Below the pieces are notes generated by a model. That model was not told where the DNA came from, did not search any database, and saw only the letters and a list, made by a program, of their open reading frames with translations. A DNA stretch of 63,878 nt, filler included, from Choristocarpus tenellus KU-1152 (Eukaryota > Protista > Phaeophyceae): the NCBI GenBank assembly GCA_964200185.2. It is 9 parts of 9 records of this genome, joined end to end, with 100 filler letters (N's around TTAATTAATTAA, not from the genome) between each part and the next. Parts side by side here need not be neighbours in the genome. Positions count along the whole stretch, not along the records: positions 53,000 to 60,865 come from CAXNAD020005472.1; positions 60,966 to 63,878 come from CAXNAD020023697.1; 7 more parts are not named here. One strand, 5' to 3'. Below are positions 60,848-63,878 of this stretch, in pieces (within the stretch, counting starts at the first letter, position 1; each line of letters starts with the position of its first letter). The translations under genes and the position numbers were made by a program.

Positions 60848-61045
60848 GGCTCAAAGTATCTGGGGNNNNNNNNNNNNNNNNNNNNNNNNNNNNNNNNNNN
60901 NNNNNNNNNTTAATTAATTAANNNNNNNNNNNNNNNNNNNNNNNNNNNNNNNNNNNNNNNNNNNNACCAAGCAATCTCGCCGGGTTTATCACCTTTACCC
61001 TCTTTGATGATTTTGGGGATACTTTAACACCAGATACTTTGGGTC
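60848..61045 (+). mobile_element. B/C-type MITE termini on both sides of a contig linker
   Basis: GGCTCAAAGTATCTGGGG before the gap and CCAGATACTTTGGGTC (ending 61045) after it. Confidence 0.6.
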
Positions 61046-61560
61046 AGGTAGAAGATGCTCATGATCGAGGATGTCATCCAGGCAATCAAGGTCTGCATGC
61101 CTAGGTCGGACAGACACACCATTCTCTTGCAGCAGGACGGGGCAAAGTTATATACCAAGGAGAGAATCATGGAGACAAATCAAGGAGGAGGCAGGGGACG
61201 ATATTGTCATAGAGATCCAGCCAGTCAACTCACCTGACCTCAACGTCAACGACCTGGGATTTTTTCATTCCATCTAGCAAATGAAGAAAGACATGGGGAA
61301 CCAACACAGAGGAGCTCGTGGAGGTCACAATAGAGGCGTTCAATATGTACCTCTTGAGACACTAGAGCGTGTCTGGCAGAGCTTCTTCGCATTATACAGT
61401 GAAGTGCTGGGGTCCAAGGGTGATAACGTGTTCAAAATTCCCCATCTTTGTAAGGAAAAGGCTGAGAAGGCAGGCAGGCTCCTCCCGAATGCCCCAGTGG
61501 ATGTGGCGAAATACTGTTGTAGCACGCTCCAAAGCTTACATCCACAGGATGTATAGTTCC
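61046..61560 (+). mobile_element. Decayed mariner transposase C-terminal half, same family as 24437-25160
   Basis: EDVIQAIK...ILLQQDGAK...IQPVNSPDLNVNDLGFFHSI*...TLERVWQS...GDNVFKIPH. Confidence 0.85.
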
Positions 61561-62399
61561 GATCCACAGGCCTATAGATGGCGCTGATGCTTGTACAGGG
61601 CTCCTAGGATACTCCGACAGTCAAAAGATCCAACTAGGATGATTAATATCAGGTCAGCAGATAAGCGTACTCTTATGAATCAACAAACATGAATGCGGGA
61701 ATTGTCAATTAGGAGTGAGCCATATGGGGCCTCTTGTCATAATTTACCGTTATATTCATATTTCAGTTTACAGACATTGCAATAAACCTGAGAACCGTTG
61801 CATACATTCCTAAGTTGCAGATCTTACTCTACAACCTTTAGCAAATCGGAGTTCCCCCTTTTTGGGGTTCCACACGCATGTACACTGCTTGCCCTGGTTA
61901 AAGCACAGGAATAAATACTTGCGCCATTTGCCTCTAGCAATACCATCCTGGGATGAGTTTTGGAGGGCTTCGGGGATGGAATCATAGATAGGTGCAGGCT
62001 GCCCCATTTTGGTTGAGATTTTGGTGGCAACCTTTTAGTGTCAACACAATACACCCATAAAAGATGAGCATGTGCAAAAAAACCCTGCTTCTTCGTCAGG
62101 GCTGCAATATTTATGCTACAAATAATTTTGAACGGAGGAAGTATGCGTTTTTGTTGCGTGTTCATGCTTTTCAGCAAGGGGAGGATAGCGCGATAACTAG
62201 TGTTACGCTTGCTTTATGTTTGCTGATTCAAGCATATAACACAGTCTGACAGTTTAGTACCACGCATAGCGGTACGAGGAGTCAGTTCAATGTCTAAATC
62301 AAATACCACAATAATGCTGATACCACCAAATAACAAATTTATGTCTTAGTGTATGTTTTACCAAGATTATCGCCAGCAGACTGCAGTTTTTAGGAGTGA

Positions 62400-63060
62400 G
62401 GCAGAGGCAAAGTGTCTCCAACCTTCTAACCAGGATGCTATAACCGTGTAGATCTTAGGCATCCTACGAGCAGACCGATAAGTTTGTTTACCTTGGAGGA
62501 ACCGTCAGTGAGTGGTGATGCAACTATTGCCGTTGGGATCAGCCAGAGGATTCAGAAATCTTGGTGTTTTTTTCGCAAATACAGCTAAGTGCTTCATGAC
62601 AGGACCTCAGGCATCTCACTTGAGCTGAAGATTCGAATGTTCAAAGCTGAAGTACTTGAACCTTTGCTTAATTATTATATGATGTGGACACCCACCCTGC
62701 TAGGCATTGCCCAAACAAAGCTCGGGTCCCATTACCACATATTCCTGTTACACTGTATACGTTTCCACAAATTGGAATGCACCAATCACCATGTCCTATT
62801 TTGCGCAAAACGATGTTCCTATTTACTGCATCAGTTGTCCGCGTATGTGGGATGAGCGAGTTTCCAAATATTGGTGTCCGGGGAACTAGCGGTGTTAAAA
62901 CGACAGGAGATTGGGCAGGAGAAAAATTGTTGGGCATGTCTACAAGACGACCTGGACAAGTTTGTGACTGGAGTTGAGGGTTTGAGGACACGAGTGCGAC
63001 TAACCAACAGGAGTGATATGAGTGCGAAGTTGATGGCACAACGATGTTCATGATGGTTGA
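62400..63060 (+). mobile_element. 3' remnant of an RTE-clade LINE
   Basis: EQTDKFVYLGGTV, LELKIRMFKAEVLEPLL...W, LLHCIRF, GEL...R..GQEK.W..CLQDDLDKF; interrupted by stops. Confidence 0.8.
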
Positions 63061-63878
63061 ATGACATTGTGAGGAAATTGTGGTAGGTATTTGTACGCCA
63101 AACCATAGTTACAACTACAGTCACCTTAATTCACCAACAACAGTGCAACAATCACCAGCACTGTTTGATTAGAGTTTTTTGTTGTATTGTTTTCTCTCGA
63201 ATTCTTCTTTTCTTCGTACGTGGGTTCCTTACTTCTTTTTATTTTATTATATTTTTTCCACCCACTTCTTTGTTTTCTTTAATGATCCATGGTTCTTTTT
63301 TCCTTTTCTCAAGGAGTATTTCCTTTCCTTAGGATGTCTCAGTTTAATCTGATAATATATATGATTATAGTAGTGTATTTCCAATACTACATACATATTA
63401 TTGTTGGGAGTGAGATGGTATATTATAGGGATTATCGTGAAGAAAAACAATATATATATATATTTTATATATATTGTCTGGGAGAAGATCCATAGTAAGA
63501 AAAAGATGGTCAAATGTATTTGTACTAATTCGAACTTTTTGTAATGGATCTTGTAAAGCAATCAATCAATATGTATATTATTTTCACCTTTCACATTTTA
63601 GGGATGCGTGAGAGCAAAAAGACAAGCTAGTACAGTACCTACACCTATTTTATACCAAATATTATATACCACACCCATTTGTTTATCGCTTTTTCGACAT
63701 ACACAAAAAAATAGGCTTTTGTACCGGAATTCTCGTATTCGGGGACATATTCACGCGAGTTTGGCGCGCGCGTAAAAATATATCGCGAAAAGTGCCTTTT
63801 TCCTGAGTCAAGACCACACAGCAGTACAGTACGTTGCTGGTAGGGGAAGAAAGTGGAAGCCATGCCTTGTGCCGCGGG

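Noticed and set aside
63247-63561. Overlapping hydrophobic ORFs in AT-rich sequence
   Set aside because: Ile/Tyr/Phe-rich compositional artefacts with no splice or motif support.
1-63878. RNA-guided nuclease (Fanzor/TnpB), giant-virus insert or operon-like gene cluster
   Set aside because: No RuvC/zinc-finger, capsid, polB or primase motifs seen by eye. The genes are functionally unrelated and separated by artificial linkers. Highly decayed remnants cannot be excluded without profile searches.

Overview
Eukaryotic, intron-containing, transposon-rich DNA, roughly 40-45% GC by eye. It is most consistent with a photosynthetic stramenopile, probably a brown alga or close relative; this is inferred from a bipartite plastid-targeting peptide and the gene and TE repertoire. 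The window is nine contigs joined by artificial 100-bp linkers (N44-TTAATTAATTAA-N44), so neighbourhoods across linkers are not biological evidence. I reconstructed by hand, with phase-consistent GT-AG junctions, five complete genes: a THUMPD1/Tan1-like protein, a plastid-targeted membrane protein, a DOT1-type methyltransferase, MYCBP and a membrane-anchored tandem-DM13 protein. Two large genes are probably partial (an ACT-domain protein and an ankyrin-TRP cation channel), and there is one orphan terminal exon. The rest is decayed Copia, Gypsy, RTE/CRE LINE and mariner sequence plus about 20 MITE copies or ends. The best candidate for an undescribed system is this MITE network. At least four families with unrelated interiors share one terminal motif (GAG/GGG/GAC-NN-AAAGTA), yet family A makes 4-bp target duplications while families B and D mostly make 3-bp ones. 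One insertion sits beside its own empty-site control, one composite contains a 45-bp mini-element, and family A shows CpG-deamination decay. I saw no CRISPR array, rRNA, intact tRNA, RNA-guided nuclease or viral hallmark gene.
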